Below, one piece after another: positions 16,362-24,798 of a DNA stretch of 64,000 nucleotides. Under the pieces are notes generated by a model that saw only the letters and a list, made by a program, of their open reading frames with translations, had not been told where the DNA came from and did no database searches. The stretch is taken from the IMG/VR virus record IMGVR_UViG_3300005337_000001, positions 1 through 64,000 of that record. One strand, given 5' to 3'. Numbering within the stretch: the stretch's first letter is position 1; each line of letters begins with the position of its first letter. This stretch comes from a virus. The position numbers and the translations under genes are program-made.

Positions 16362-16975
16362 TTCGACGTCAACGCCAGTTTGAGCCGCCGAAACTCGGCC
16401 GCGCGCTCCACGATGAGCACCGCCTGCGCCAGGTTGAAGGGCTTGGGCAAGAACCCGAAGGCACCGATCTTCCGAGCTCGCTCCGCCTCGATGTCGAAGC
16501 CGCTCGTCAGGATGACCTCGATGATCGGGAAGTGCTTACGCACGTGCTCGAGCAGCGTGTAGCCGTTCTTCGGCATCGAGATGTCGGCTACGACCACTTC
16601 GATCATGTGGTCGTTGTCGAGCATTTCAGCAGCGGCCGCACCGCTGCCGGCCTCTCGCACGAGCATTCCCGACGCCGTGAAAATCTTCACGAATGCCTTA
16701 CGAATTTCTGGGTAGTCATCGACCACCAGGACTCGTACAGCCAGCCCATCTTCCCCCTCTCCTTGGGTGGGCATCCCCCGCAACTCCTCCAAAAGACCCT
16801 TGGCCGTTAGGTCGTCACGCAGCTGCCCCATGTCCTGGCGCCAGAGCTCCAGTAGACGATCGTCCCGTGCGTCCAGCTCCTCTTTCAAGCCTTCTTTGAA
16901 CCTGGCGGCGGTACGCGACGCCACAGCCTCGGCGAGCCGGTACTCGTCCGAATTTTCGTCGACCATGATGCCCAA
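16355..16975 (-). CDS. orphan response-regulator receiver (CheY-like) with N-terminal helical extension
   Basis: VLVVDD, VADISMP (phospho-Asp), LTSG, FLPKPF all intact. Confidence 0.9.
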   Translation of the reverse strand: MGIMVDENSDEYRLAEAVASRTAARFKEGLKEELDARDDRLLELWRQDMGQLRDDLTAKGLLEELRGMPTQGEGEDGLAVRVLVVDDYPEIRKAFVKIFTASGMLVREAGSGAAAAEMLDNDHMIEVVVADISMPKNGYTLLEHVRKHFPIIEVILTSGFDIEAERARKIGAFGFLPKPFNLAQAVLIVERAAEFRRLKLALTSKG

Positions 16976-17025
16976 GTTTACCGGACGAGGTCAGGTAACC
17001 CAAAGCGGTGGAGCTAGAAAATCGG

Positions 17026-18234
17026 TTACGGTACGAAGGCCGCGCTGAACGAACCGATGCACATCCAAATGTAGTTCCCGTCAGCAAGGGCGGACACGGC
17101 CTTCCAAAGGAACGTACGAGCAAAGCCTGCCGATGTAGTGCCCGCGGTACCGCCAAAGCCATCGACGAAGTTGATACCAACCCAGGAGCCGCCCGAGTTG
17201 TTGTAGACGGTGAGCACAAACTCTTGTCCGGGGAACAAGATGAACGGCATCGTAATAGTTGGCGCTGTGCCGCTGCTGCTGATCGACTGGCTTTGAAACC
17301 CATTGGCGCACGTGATCGACGCCGAGCTCGTGGTGCTGTACAGCGCACGTCCCAACGACAAACTGCCGGACGGATCCAGCAGGTTGTTGCTGTACATGTT
17401 GATGAGACGGAAGTTGTTGTCACGCTCAGTGATGAAAGCGCCGTCTATGAAGGAGAGAGCTTTGCCGCTGCTGAATGCGCTTTCGAAGGTGTTACCCACG
17501 ATTTCATGCTGACCGACAATGTCAAGAACGCTGATCACGTTCTCGTTGCCAACGTGGTCGATCGCGTCGAAGCGATTGCCCTCAATGAAGGACGCACCCG
17601 CCACCATGGACAGGACAGGCGCCGTAGTGCTGGGGCCTTGGTGTATGTAGTTGTCGATGAGGCGCAGCTTTGAATCGGCACCGCTGTTGAAGAACGCTTC
17701 GCCGGTGCCGCCGGTGCTCTTCTGATAGACGTGGCACTTCTCGAAGATGAAATCCGAGTTGGCGCCCTGCATGTTGACGAGACGCCCAGTAAAATTATCA
17801 TCGTAGCCCGGCGCGTTCCACGAGCAGTTCTTGTAGTGAACACGTGCAGCACCAGAGCTGAAGACAGGGATGCCAGTATTACCGATGAGCGCGCCGAAGA
17901 TGATGTTCTCTACCAACGTGTAGTTGCTGCGAGGGCTACCGCTCACCCAGTCGTGATGGTTGCGGGTCGCATGGTTGTTACGCCACATCGTAGCGTCGGG
18001 CACACCCTTCCAACTCACGTTGGGCTCGAAGTGAATCGTCTGGTCGGTGCGGTACTGCTTGGGGCCAAGAAGAACGGTGCCGCCGGACACGTTGGCCAGA
18101 GCGTCGTTCGCCGCCTGGAACGCAACCGAGTCGTCGACCCCTGGCAAACCGCGCGCGCCGAAGTACTCGGGTGTCACCCAACCTTGTCCGCGCAGGCCTT
18201 TCCGAAACCAGACGTTCTCGTTGAATTGCGGCAT
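17026..18234 (-). CDS. beta-helix tailspike / pectate-lyase-superfamily protein
   Basis: VTPEYFGARG..DDSVAFQAA..GGTVLLGPKQY; repeated Asn/Gly-rich beta coils. Confidence 0.8.
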   Translation of the reverse strand: MPQFNENVWFRKGLRGQGWVTPEYFGARGLPGVDDSVAFQAANDALANVSGGTVLLGPKQYRTDQTIHFEPNVSWKGVPDATMWRNNHATRNHHDWVSGSPRSNYTLVENIIFGALIGNTGIPVFSSGAARVHYKNCSWNAPGYDDNFTGRLVNMQGANSDFIFEKCHVYQKSTGGTGEAFFNSGADSKLRLIDNYIHQGPSTTAPVLSMVAGASFIEGNRFDAIDHVGNENVISVLDIVGQHEIVGNTFESAFSSGKALSFIDGAFITERDNNFRLINMYSNNLLDPSGSLSLGRALYSTTSSASITCANGFQSQSISSSGTAPTITMPFILFPGQEFVLTVYNNSGGSWVGINFVDGFGGTAGTTSAGFARTFLWKAVSALADGNYIWMCIGSFSAAFVP

Positions 18235-18261
18235 GTCTCTACCCCAAGTCTACCACGGGCT

Positions 18262-18639
18262 TCAGACGCCCTTCACCACGCCATTTTGGATGAAGCTGTG
18301 CCAGCACTCGGGCTTGCCCACAGCGATCGACGGATGAATCGTGAGGTCGTGCAGCCCCGTCCCATGCATCTCCCAGCGCGGATGGGGCTCGCCGTCGACC
18401 GATGAAACAGGGCCGTGGTTAGGTGGCAGCGCCGGCGCATTCCGGGGGTTAGCAAAAGGGACGATGAGCCCATGCGGTCGACCACCCGCTTCGGGGTACT
18501 CTGCTTTGCCGTAGCCGCAGGGGCACCAGAGGAACAACCCCTGGGCCCCTTCAATCTGCGGTCCCTGCCTGCGCCACCCGCTTGGCGTCACGTTGCCGTA
18601 GAACTCGGCCTCGAACCACGGGTCCGTCAGGTTGGCCAT
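18262..18639 (-). CDS. DUF6527-like protein
   Basis: LFLWCPCG..LTIHPSI..CWHSFIQNG. Confidence 0.55.
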   Translation of the reverse strand: MANLTDPWFEAEFYGNVTPSGWRRQGPQIEGAQGLFLWCPCGYGKAEYPEAGGRPHGLIVPFANPRNAPALPPNHGPVSSVDGEPHPRWEMHGTGLHDLTIHPSIAVGKPECWHSFIQNGVVKGV

Positions 18640-18648
18640 CCAACGATT

Positions 18649-19317
18649 CTAGGCCGGGCTCTCGGTAGAGCCAAACGAGCTCGGCGGGCGCGGGTACGGC
18701 TTGAGCCCGTACTTCGCGTCGTCGTCCTCGTGCCAGGTGAAGTCGCACCTGATGCGCGGCTCGTCGGGGCCCTCGATAGGTACAAAGCCATTGGGACCGA
18801 TCTTGCCGCGCTGCCCTCGCCCATTGCAGTAGCGCACGAGCTTGCCATCCTCGCCTGCCTTGTTGCTGCCGAATGAGCCGCCCCCGCACTTCGGGCAGGT
18901 GAACTTGCTAGGCCTGGCGTCCTCGCGACGTTTCAGCACACGCTCCTTTTCCTTCTCGGAGTTGAACGAGCGGCAGTTGCTCTCCAGGCACAGTACATCG
19001 TCCTGGCAGGTGGGCTCTTCGCCATCCGCCGGCGGCGGAGGATCACCAGGGTGGCGCTGCCTCCTGAGCAGCGCGTTGTCCACCATCGAAAAGCTCAGCT
19101 TGCCGCCGATGAAGCCCAGCCAGTGCACACCTTCCTTGGGCTCGTTCTTTGGATCCCTCACGACCTCGTTGATGAGCTCGATGAGCTTTCCCTGCTGCGC
19201 CTGCGACAAGTACGTAGGGATGGCGAAGTTGATCTCGATACGGTTGAGCTCGCAGTCGTCCTCGTCCGACGGCGCGCAGCGATCGTTCACGTCAATCTCT
19301 TTGACTTCTTCAATCAT
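18649..19317 (-). CDS. hypothetical protein with zinc ribbon
   Basis: FTCPKCGG..YCNG..RCDFTW. Confidence 0.65.
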   Translation of the reverse strand: MIEEVKEIDVNDRCAPSDEDDCELNRIEINFAIPTYLSQAQQGKLIELINEVVRDPKNEPKEGVHWLGFIGGKLSFSMVDNALLRRQRHPGDPPPPADGEEPTCQDDVLCLESNCRSFNSEKEKERVLKRREDARPSKFTCPKCGGGSFGSNKAGEDGKLVRYCNGRGQRGKIGPNGFVPIEGPDEPRIRCDFTWHEDDDAKYGLKPYPRPPSSFGSTESPA

Positions 19318-19907
19318 AAACTTCTCCTGTGCGACTTGAGCTGCTGCCGCACGGCTTCATGGATGATGGGGAAATCGATTTGGGCTGCGATGTGGTCATG
19401 CAAGTAGCCCTTGGCCTTACGCGCGAAGCCCTTCTCCAAACCGTTGTCGGTGAGGAGCTGCAGCGCCGAGTCCTTCCAAAGAAGGCCAGCGAGAGTGCGT
19501 GCGTCGATGAGCTTCTCGTTGATGGTAGGAAACTTCTCAGGCTGAATCACGCCGCCCTCGTAAATGTAGATGCCCCAGAACGACGGTAGACGTCGGCGTA
19601 CGCTCGCCAAGTACTTGGGCGTGATGACCACCGACAGGTAGTCCATGATTTGCCCGTACAACCGAATCTGGATGCGCGACAGGCGCTGCAACCCATTCGT
19701 GTCGCCGTCGCTCTTGATCTCGAAACAGTGCAGGTGGCTGTTCACCACGCACACGTCGATGCGGCCCTCCTTGCGCCCGACACTGAAGCTGAGCTCGTCG
19801 ATGAGCATGCTGCCTGGCTCTTGCATCAACGTCTTCCGCAGGAAGTCGTGGAGCGACACGCGCATGTGCTTGTCGAGGATGTTCTTGGTCGGACTCATGT
19901 AGGCCAT
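19314..19907 (-). CDS. sce7726-family PD-(D/E)XK nuclease-like protein
   Basis: IDELSF..GRIDVCVVNSHLHCFEIKSDGD..RL..QIRLY. Confidence 0.8.
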   Translation of the reverse strand: MAYMSPTKNILDKHMRVSLHDFLRKTLMQEPGSMLIDELSFSVGRKEGRIDVCVVNSHLHCFEIKSDGDTNGLQRLSRIQIRLYGQIMDYLSVVITPKYLASVRRRLPSFWGIYIYEGGVIQPEKFPTINEKLIDARTLAGLLWKDSALQLLTDNGLEKGFARKAKGYLHDHIAAQIDFPIIHEAVRQQLKSHRRSL

Positions 19908-19926
19908 GGGGCAATCTTACTCAAGG

Positions 19927-19939
19927 TTCGGGGATAAGA
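19927..19939 (+). promoter_or_regulatory. phage promoter-like motif TTCGGGGATAAGA
   Basis: Recurrent motif just before the single-gene plus-strand island. Confidence 0.75.
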
Positions 19940-19955
19940 TAGATAGAGGTGGAAC

Positions 19956-20396
19956 ATGAATTTCCAAGATTTTGTCGGTGCTGCTGAGGTTCATCTACGA
20001 ATAGCCGGGTGGTTGATGCACGGGCACAATGGGGTGTGGCGGAAATACAAGAAAGCAGGTGACACTGAAACGAAGCCGATGCCAGCGGCGCTCGTCCATG
20101 AGCTGAGCCAAGACAACACGTTCCATCCGAACGTGGAACTCTACCTAACCAGCAATGGCTGGCGTCGCGGTACTGGCGGCGTTATCGCAGGCTGGCCGTT
20201 GTTTCACAGAGACGGCCGTTACAAGAACATGCTGCTTGCACTCCTGACCCAGCTTCGAGACGATCGAACAGATCGAGCTACACACTCGCCAAGAAACACG
20301 CCAAGCACGGTCGCTGACCTTCTCAGTGCGACTCGCATTCGTACAGACAGCGCGTCGATCAACGGCCACGCCGACACGGCGCGGGCGCGACGATGA
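19956..20396 (+). CDS. hypothetical protein with duplicated L..(A/N)GW segment
   Basis: GAGG RBS; HLRIAGW / YLTSNGW. Confidence 0.65.
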   Translation: MNFQDFVGAAEVHLRIAGWLMHGHNGVWRKYKKAGDTETKPMPAALVHELSQDNTFHPNVELYLTSNGWRRGTGGVIAGWPLFHRDGRYKNMLLALLTQLRDDRTDRATHSPRNTPSTVADLLSATRIRTDSASINGHADTARARR

Positions 20397-20406
20397 CTGT
20401 AGGGGG

Positions 20407-20435
20407 AAGGCCCGTCAGGGCCTTTTCTCTAGCCC
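20407..20435 (+). terminator. hairpin-U-tract-TAGCCC terminator-like element
   Basis: AAGGCCC-GTCA-GGGCCTT-TTCTC-TAGCCC. Confidence 0.75.
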
Positions 20436-20455
20436 CCAAAGCAGGAGCCTCTTCA

Positions 20456-20842
20456 CTAGAAGCGCCGTGCACACCGTACACAGTACGATTTTGAGTGCAC
20501 TGACAGCTGCCACTTCGAGCGCTTCCACATCGGGCTGCCGTTCGGCCACAGCGGTCCCTGCGGATACCCCATTGCCTTGAGCTCGGCGTGTTTCAGCACC
20601 AGCGTGTTCCTGAACTCGAACAACCAGATGGTCCACCCGTCCTGGAGCTTGTCGTTGAACGGGGAAGCGTCCATGTGCCGCCAGAAGAACCACCTTCGAA
20701 TCCACCAGTGGGCACCGCAGTCGCATGCTCGTAAGCGTACCTTACGTATCGAAAAGAACGGCGTGTCTGAGATCCACGAAGACCAAATGACCATCCCACA
20801 CAGAAGAAGCCAGCCGACGCCTATCACCAATAGCGACGTCAA
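20456..20842 (-). CDS. membrane-anchored Cys-containing protein
   Basis: N-terminal TM; CDCG..CVRC. Confidence 0.6.
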   Translation of the reverse strand: MTSLLVIGVGWLLLCGMVIWSSWISDTPFFSIRKVRLRACDCGAHWWIRRWFFWRHMDASPFNDKLQDGWTIWLFEFRNTLVLKHAELKAMGYPQGPLWPNGSPMWKRSKWQLSVHSKSYCVRCARRF

Positions 20843-20845
20843 AGA

Positions 20846-21289
20846 TCACCAGCGCTGTCCAGTAAAGACCTGAACGACGTCGCCAATGCGAGCGGTTATC
20901 TCCATGCCGGCGGGGATGACGCCGGGAGAGAGGTGCGGCTTGCCACCGGGCGTTGGTTCGATGTGAGGTTCGTTGCGCCAACCTCTGAAGAACTGTACGC
21001 CCACGGAAGGCACCGACCCGCTAGCAGAGAAACCAAGGCCGCAGTACTGGCAGGCATGCATCTTGTGCGCGTGCTTCGCGAACTCACCCACGTCGATGTG
21101 CTGCTTCAAGCAGCGCGGGCAGTAGATGAGTAGCTCGAGAGGCTCCACCGGTTTGTCGAGACGGGCCATGATGGTGATCAAGCGCTCGTTCACTTCACCT
21201 GCAGTCACATCGACGGGCAGGTCGCGTACTCCACGCGCAGCACTTTTGGCGATGTCGATCAGCCAGAGGATGTCGTCGTTATTGAGCAT
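20846..21289 (-). CDS. zinc-ribbon protein
   Basis: YCPRCLKQHID..HKMHACQYCG. Confidence 0.65.
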   Translation of the reverse strand: MLNNDDILWLIDIAKSAARGVRDLPVDVTAGEVNERLITIMARLDKPVEPLELLIYCPRCLKQHIDVGEFAKHAHKMHACQYCGLGFSASGSVPSVGVQFFRGWRNEPHIEPTPGGKPHLSPGVIPAGMEITARIGDVVQVFTGQRW

Positions 21290-21420
21290 GACTTTCCTTC
21301 CAGTCGTTCCAGGCGCCGCGCACCACTAACCAGAGGAGCCAGAGCATGGCCGGGATGAAGCCGAAGATCATCTTGGCGACGTCCTCGTCCAACACCTCGT
21401 TGTTGGTGGGCACCCGTGAC

Positions 21421-21846
21421 CTATTCGGCATCGTTGGGTTTCCTTGGCGGCAAGGGAGGGTTCGGCTGGGCCACAGGCCCGCGCGTTCTACGTACGTCAC
21501 GAATGGTGTAGCCGCGCAGCACCAGGTAGCGTACGGCGTCGTTGAGTGTCGGGTACTCCTCCGAGACCTTGGTTAGGTCGTCGATGTGCACGAAGTAGAA
21601 GCCCTGGCGCTCCCAGAAGATGTCGACGGTGATGCCATTGCCCAAGGCTTTGGCGGCGTCGACGAGCTCGTTCGCCGAGCTGATGATGGTGAGCGCGTCG
21701 TCGAGCACCTGCAGGAGCTGCGGTCCCGTCAGGCTGCTGGCGTCTTCACGCAAGAGCTTCGCCTGGATGCCGAAGCGGATGATGGCGTCGCCCAGCTTCT
21801 GTGCCGCCGTCGCTTGATCGTAGTTGATGGTCAATTTCTCTGTCAT
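21421..21846 (-). CDS. hypothetical protein
   Basis: Coupled ORF. Confidence 0.65.
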   Translation of the reverse strand: MTEKLTINYDQATAAQKLGDAIIRFGIQAKLLREDASSLTGPQLLQVLDDALTIISSANELVDAAKALGNGITVDIFWERQGFYFVHIDDLTKVSEEYPTLNDAVRYLVLRGYTIRDVRRTRGPVAQPNPPLPPRKPNDAE

Positions 21847-22139
21847 GGGTATGGACTCCACGCACTGCAGTCGGCTACGAGCACGCGGTAGTCGTAGCCA
21901 TGGTCTCTTGTTTGGTCTTTGACGAGCCAGACGTCGCCCATCGTGCTGGCGCCCGTTACGCGGTAACGCTTGCCCTCGTACGTGCAGAAGAGCTTGCGGT
22001 CTCTGATGAACGGCTCGAACGCCAGCTTCTGCTCAGCTGGCAGTCGGAAGTGCAGGAACATCCAGCGCGCGTAGGCGTCCTGCCTATGATCGTCGATGAA
22101 GGCGTCGACGTGTTGCTTTTCAAACTCTTCGAGGGCCAT
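21843..22139 (-). CDS. hypothetical phage protein (YRVTGASxxGDVWL type)
   Basis: LFCTYEGKRYRVTGASTMGDVWL. Confidence 0.65.
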   Translation of the reverse strand: MALEEFEKQHVDAFIDDHRQDAYARWMFLHFRLPAEQKLAFEPFIRDRKLFCTYEGKRYRVTGASTMGDVWLVKDQTRDHGYDYRVLVADCSAWSPYP

Positions 22140-22152
22140 TGAGATATGCTGC

Positions 22153-22431
22153 TCACCCCTCAGGATCGGCCGCACTGATGCCTGCCTTCCGCTCAACCTC
22201 GCGAGCTGCAATAAGCAGTAGGCGTCGACCACGAGCGTCGAACACTGAACTACGCGCGATCTCACGCAGGTGCCCAGCAACACCATGCGCCAGTATTGTC
22301 TTCACCGAAGAGGTGACGTTGATCTTCTTGCCTTTGACGCGCAGGATGTTCTCGCCGCCAAGTCGCTGGGCGACAGGGACGAAGTAGTACTGCTCAGTCA
22401 CCCGGCTGTACAGGACTTGGTTGCGCTCCAT
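22153..22431 (-). CDS. hypothetical protein
   Basis: Start re-picked at MERNQV. Confidence 0.5.
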   Translation of the reverse strand: MERNQVLYSRVTEQYYFVPVAQRLGGENILRVKGKKINVTSSVKTILAHGVAGHLREIARSSVFDARGRRLLLIAAREVERKAGISAADPEG

Positions 22432-22837
22432 CCCCAGCCACTTGCCCAGGCCCGACTTCACCTCCTGGTCCGGGTGTGGCTGCTTCAACTTTTGGCTTCT
22501 CTTCGGCTTCGAGCCGCGTCCCGCAGAACGGGCAGAACTTGCAGAGGCCGTAGCTGGTGTCCTTGAACTTGCTCTTGAAGCCATACTTGCTCTCGTCGCC
22601 TTTCTTAGCCTTGGGGAAGTAGATGACCACGGCGGTGCGCCAGGACGCGCGCTTGCCGCTGGTGGACAGCATTGAGCCGGTTTGAATACCGGAGCGCTGG
22701 TTGTCGTTGGCGCGCCCGCACGCCATCTCTAGCGCCGGACAGCAGAACTTGAACCTACCTGCCCTCGATTTCGGCTTCTCTACAGCAGGCTTCGGACTCG
22801 ACGCGCGCGGCATAGCCGCTCGAATGCCTTTGGTCAT
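22394..22837 (-). CDS. zinc-finger protein
   Basis: FCCPAL..CKFCPFCGTRL. Confidence 0.6.
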   Translation of the reverse strand: MTKGIRAAMPRASSPKPAVEKPKSRAGRFKFCCPALEMACGRANDNQRSGIQTGSMLSTSGKRASWRTAVVIYFPKAKKGDESKYGFKSKFKDTSYGLCKFCPFCGTRLEAEEKPKVEAATPGPGGEVGPGQVAGDGAQPSPVQPGD

Positions 22838-23118
22838 TGTAGGGGCGCCTTGTGTGCTGTGATGTTTGCGATGGCTTCGGAGAAGCTATCGTAGAGGATG
22901 TCGACGATGAGAGCCGAGAGCACCGTCTCGTTCATCATCTCTAGCTGCTCGGTCGTGAAGCTGCGGTCGAGGGTGTCGAAGATCTGCCGCTGCGTGAGGC
23001 CGCAGAGATTCAGGGCTTCGTACATGTCGTTCTCATTCGCGTACGGTGGCATCAGATGCTGCACTGCCGGCTCGAACAGCTGAATCGTATCGTGGTCGCC
23101 TGGGTTGGGTTGGTTCAT
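22834..23118 (-). CDS. hypothetical protein
   Basis: Coupled ORF. Confidence 0.6.
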   Translation of the reverse strand: MNQPNPGDHDTIQLFEPAVQHLMPPYANENDMYEALNLCGLTQRQIFDTLDRSFTTEQLEMMNETVLSALIVDILYDSFSEAIANITAHKAPLQ

Positions 23119-23318
23119 GTAGGTATCTCGTAGCCGTACTTGTTGTCGTGTTGGTGGTCGCGTACCTGACGCGTGAATTCAAAGAGCAAGCTCTCCAGCT
23201 CGTTGCGATAGCCTTCTACGCGGATGCGCGTCATCGCTTGGTTTGACGGATGGATGAAGAAGCATTCCAGCACTACCTCCGGCACCGCAGGTAGGTCAGC
23301 TATTACTTCGACCTTCAA
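23115..23318 (-). CDS. hypothetical protein
   Basis: TTG start; AAGGAG RBS. Confidence 0.55.
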   Translation of the reverse strand: MKVEVIADLPAVPEVVLECFFIHPSNQAMTRIRVEGYRNELESLLFEFTRQVRDHQHDNKYGYEIPT

Positions 23319-23710
23319 GGGCTGTCTCCTTCCACCTTCTTATCTCCTAGGAGCTCGAGCAGTTTCTCCGGAGGGCTAGGCGGAAGGCCCGTGAGGGAGG
23401 CCAGTTCCCGCTGCCCCTTCTCCCAGGCGCGCGCTGCGGCGGCGCCGGGATCGGGGGCTTCTACGAATACGATGAGACCAGGCGTGGAATCGAGGGCGAC
23501 GAGCTCGGGCCCGTACGGCATCGGCGCCACCTTGAACACGTAGCCGCCCTCGTCGCCGTCCTTGTCGACACGTACAGAGAACATCGCCGGTGGCGGGCCA
23601 GGGTCGCGCGGCTCGAAGCCCGGGCACGGACACCCACCTGGTTCTACGCAGGGCTTATGCCCGAGCGAGAAGTGCGCCCACGCCGTGTGAGGACAGTGTT
23701 TACACAACAA
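23315..23710 (-). CDS. protein with N-terminal Cys/His zinc finger
   Basis: CKHCPH..AH..C..GCPCPGF. Confidence 0.6.
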   Translation of the reverse strand: MLCKHCPHTAWAHFSLGHKPCVEPGGCPCPGFEPRDPGPPPAMFSVRVDKDGDEGGYVFKVAPMPYGPELVALDSTPGLIVFVEAPDPGAAAARAWEKGQRELASLTGLPPSPPEKLLELLGDKKVEGDSP

Positions 23711-24293
23711 GGTCGGCTCCGTACGCGAAGTGCGAGCCAGCGCGGTGAAGCCCTGCGTACTCCTCCGGCAAAGGCCGGCGCGCTATCCACTTCTGGCCTG
23801 CGTAGACGATGAGGCTGTTCCACCGATCGGGCACAACCGCCAGCACCTCCCGGCGCTTCATGGTCTCCCAGAACTCCGTGCTGCCGCAGGCAGCGCCGTC
23901 GAAGTTCGAGCCGAGGTAGATGACAGTGCGCACGTTGTGTATGAGCTGGACGAGGCCCTGTTGTTCGTAGCACTCGGGCCAGCACACGAACGCCACGTCG
24001 ATGAAGTGCCCGTGCCTGGCGTACTCTTCGAAGTACTCGCCCACCAAATTGACGTTTGGACGCCGGTCGGTGTAGCGGTCCAGGTTACCAGCGTAGTTCT
24101 TGTCGACGGCAGTCACTGTGTGCGCGCCGAGGTCAGAAAGCTGGTTCGCCATACCCAGCTGTCCAGCACCCAGGTCATGGACGTTGTAGCCGGCGACGAA
24201 GTTGCGTACCACCGCTTCTTGCTCGTCGTTGAATTTGCCAATGGAGATGAAAGTCATGACTGTTCCGTCGGGGTTGACCATGTGGTTTTTCAT
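23700..24293 (-). CDS. class I SAM-dependent methyltransferase-like protein
   Basis: VHDLGAG motif I followed by TVTAVDK; start re-picked at MKNHMV. Confidence 0.6.
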   Translation of the reverse strand: MKNHMVNPDGTVMTFISIGKFNDEQEAVVRNFVAGYNVHDLGAGQLGMANQLSDLGAHTVTAVDKNYAGNLDRYTDRRPNVNLVGEYFEEYARHGHFIDVAFVCWPECYEQQGLVQLIHNVRTVIYLGSNFDGAACGSTEFWETMKRREVLAVVPDRWNSLIVYAGQKWIARRPLPEEYAGLHRAGSHFAYGADLVV

Positions 24294-24523
24294 CCGCCAG
24301 TTTCCTTCTGCAGCTGCGCACGCGCTTCCCAGTAGCAGCGCTTCGCCATATCCAAGAACTCCTTCTCGGTCAGTGCCGTGCGCCCTGGGTGGTGCTGAAT
24401 CTTGAACACGTCGAGATGTATCAATGCCGACGTGAACATCCACTTCACGCGCGTCGACGAATTTACACCCCTCGCGTCGTACTCTTCGTTCAGATCTTGA
24501 AGAGCCTTTCCAAAGTCATTCAT
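24290..24523 (-). CDS. hypothetical protein
   Basis: Coupled ORF. Confidence 0.6.
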   Translation of the reverse strand: MNDFGKALQDLNEEYDARGVNSSTRVKWMFTSALIHLDVFKIQHHPGRTALTEKEFLDMAKRCYWEARAQLQKETGG

Positions 24524-24798
24524 GCTCGACCCTCCCGCATGCGCTGTATGTAGTCCTGTGAGAAAGCGGCGAGGGCGCTGCCAGCCGCTGCCGTCTTCTG
24601 TGCAGCCGGCTCGTCGCCATTCGCGCGCTCTTGTTCGGCTTTGGTCAGCAGCGCTTGCGCAAATTTGGATAGATCTTCGAGCACGTCGATGCGCCCGTCC
24701 AACCTACCCGCTTGATACGGGACTGGAGTCTCCTTGAACCGTTCCGGGATCTGAATGCTGTTCAGCGCCTTCGCCCTTTGCTCCGCTGTCGATGCCAT
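24520..24798 (-). CDS. hypothetical protein
   Basis: ORF. Confidence 0.55.
   Translation of the reverse strand: MASTAEQRAKALNSIQIPERFKETPVPYQAGRLDGRIDVLEDLSKFAQALLTKAEQERANGDEPAAQKTAAAGSALAAFSQDYIQRMREGRA

Noticed and set aside
17008-18405. Long plus-strand ORFs 17008-17673 and 17731-18405
   Set aside because: Antisense to the tailspike gene; typical of GC-rich codon bias.
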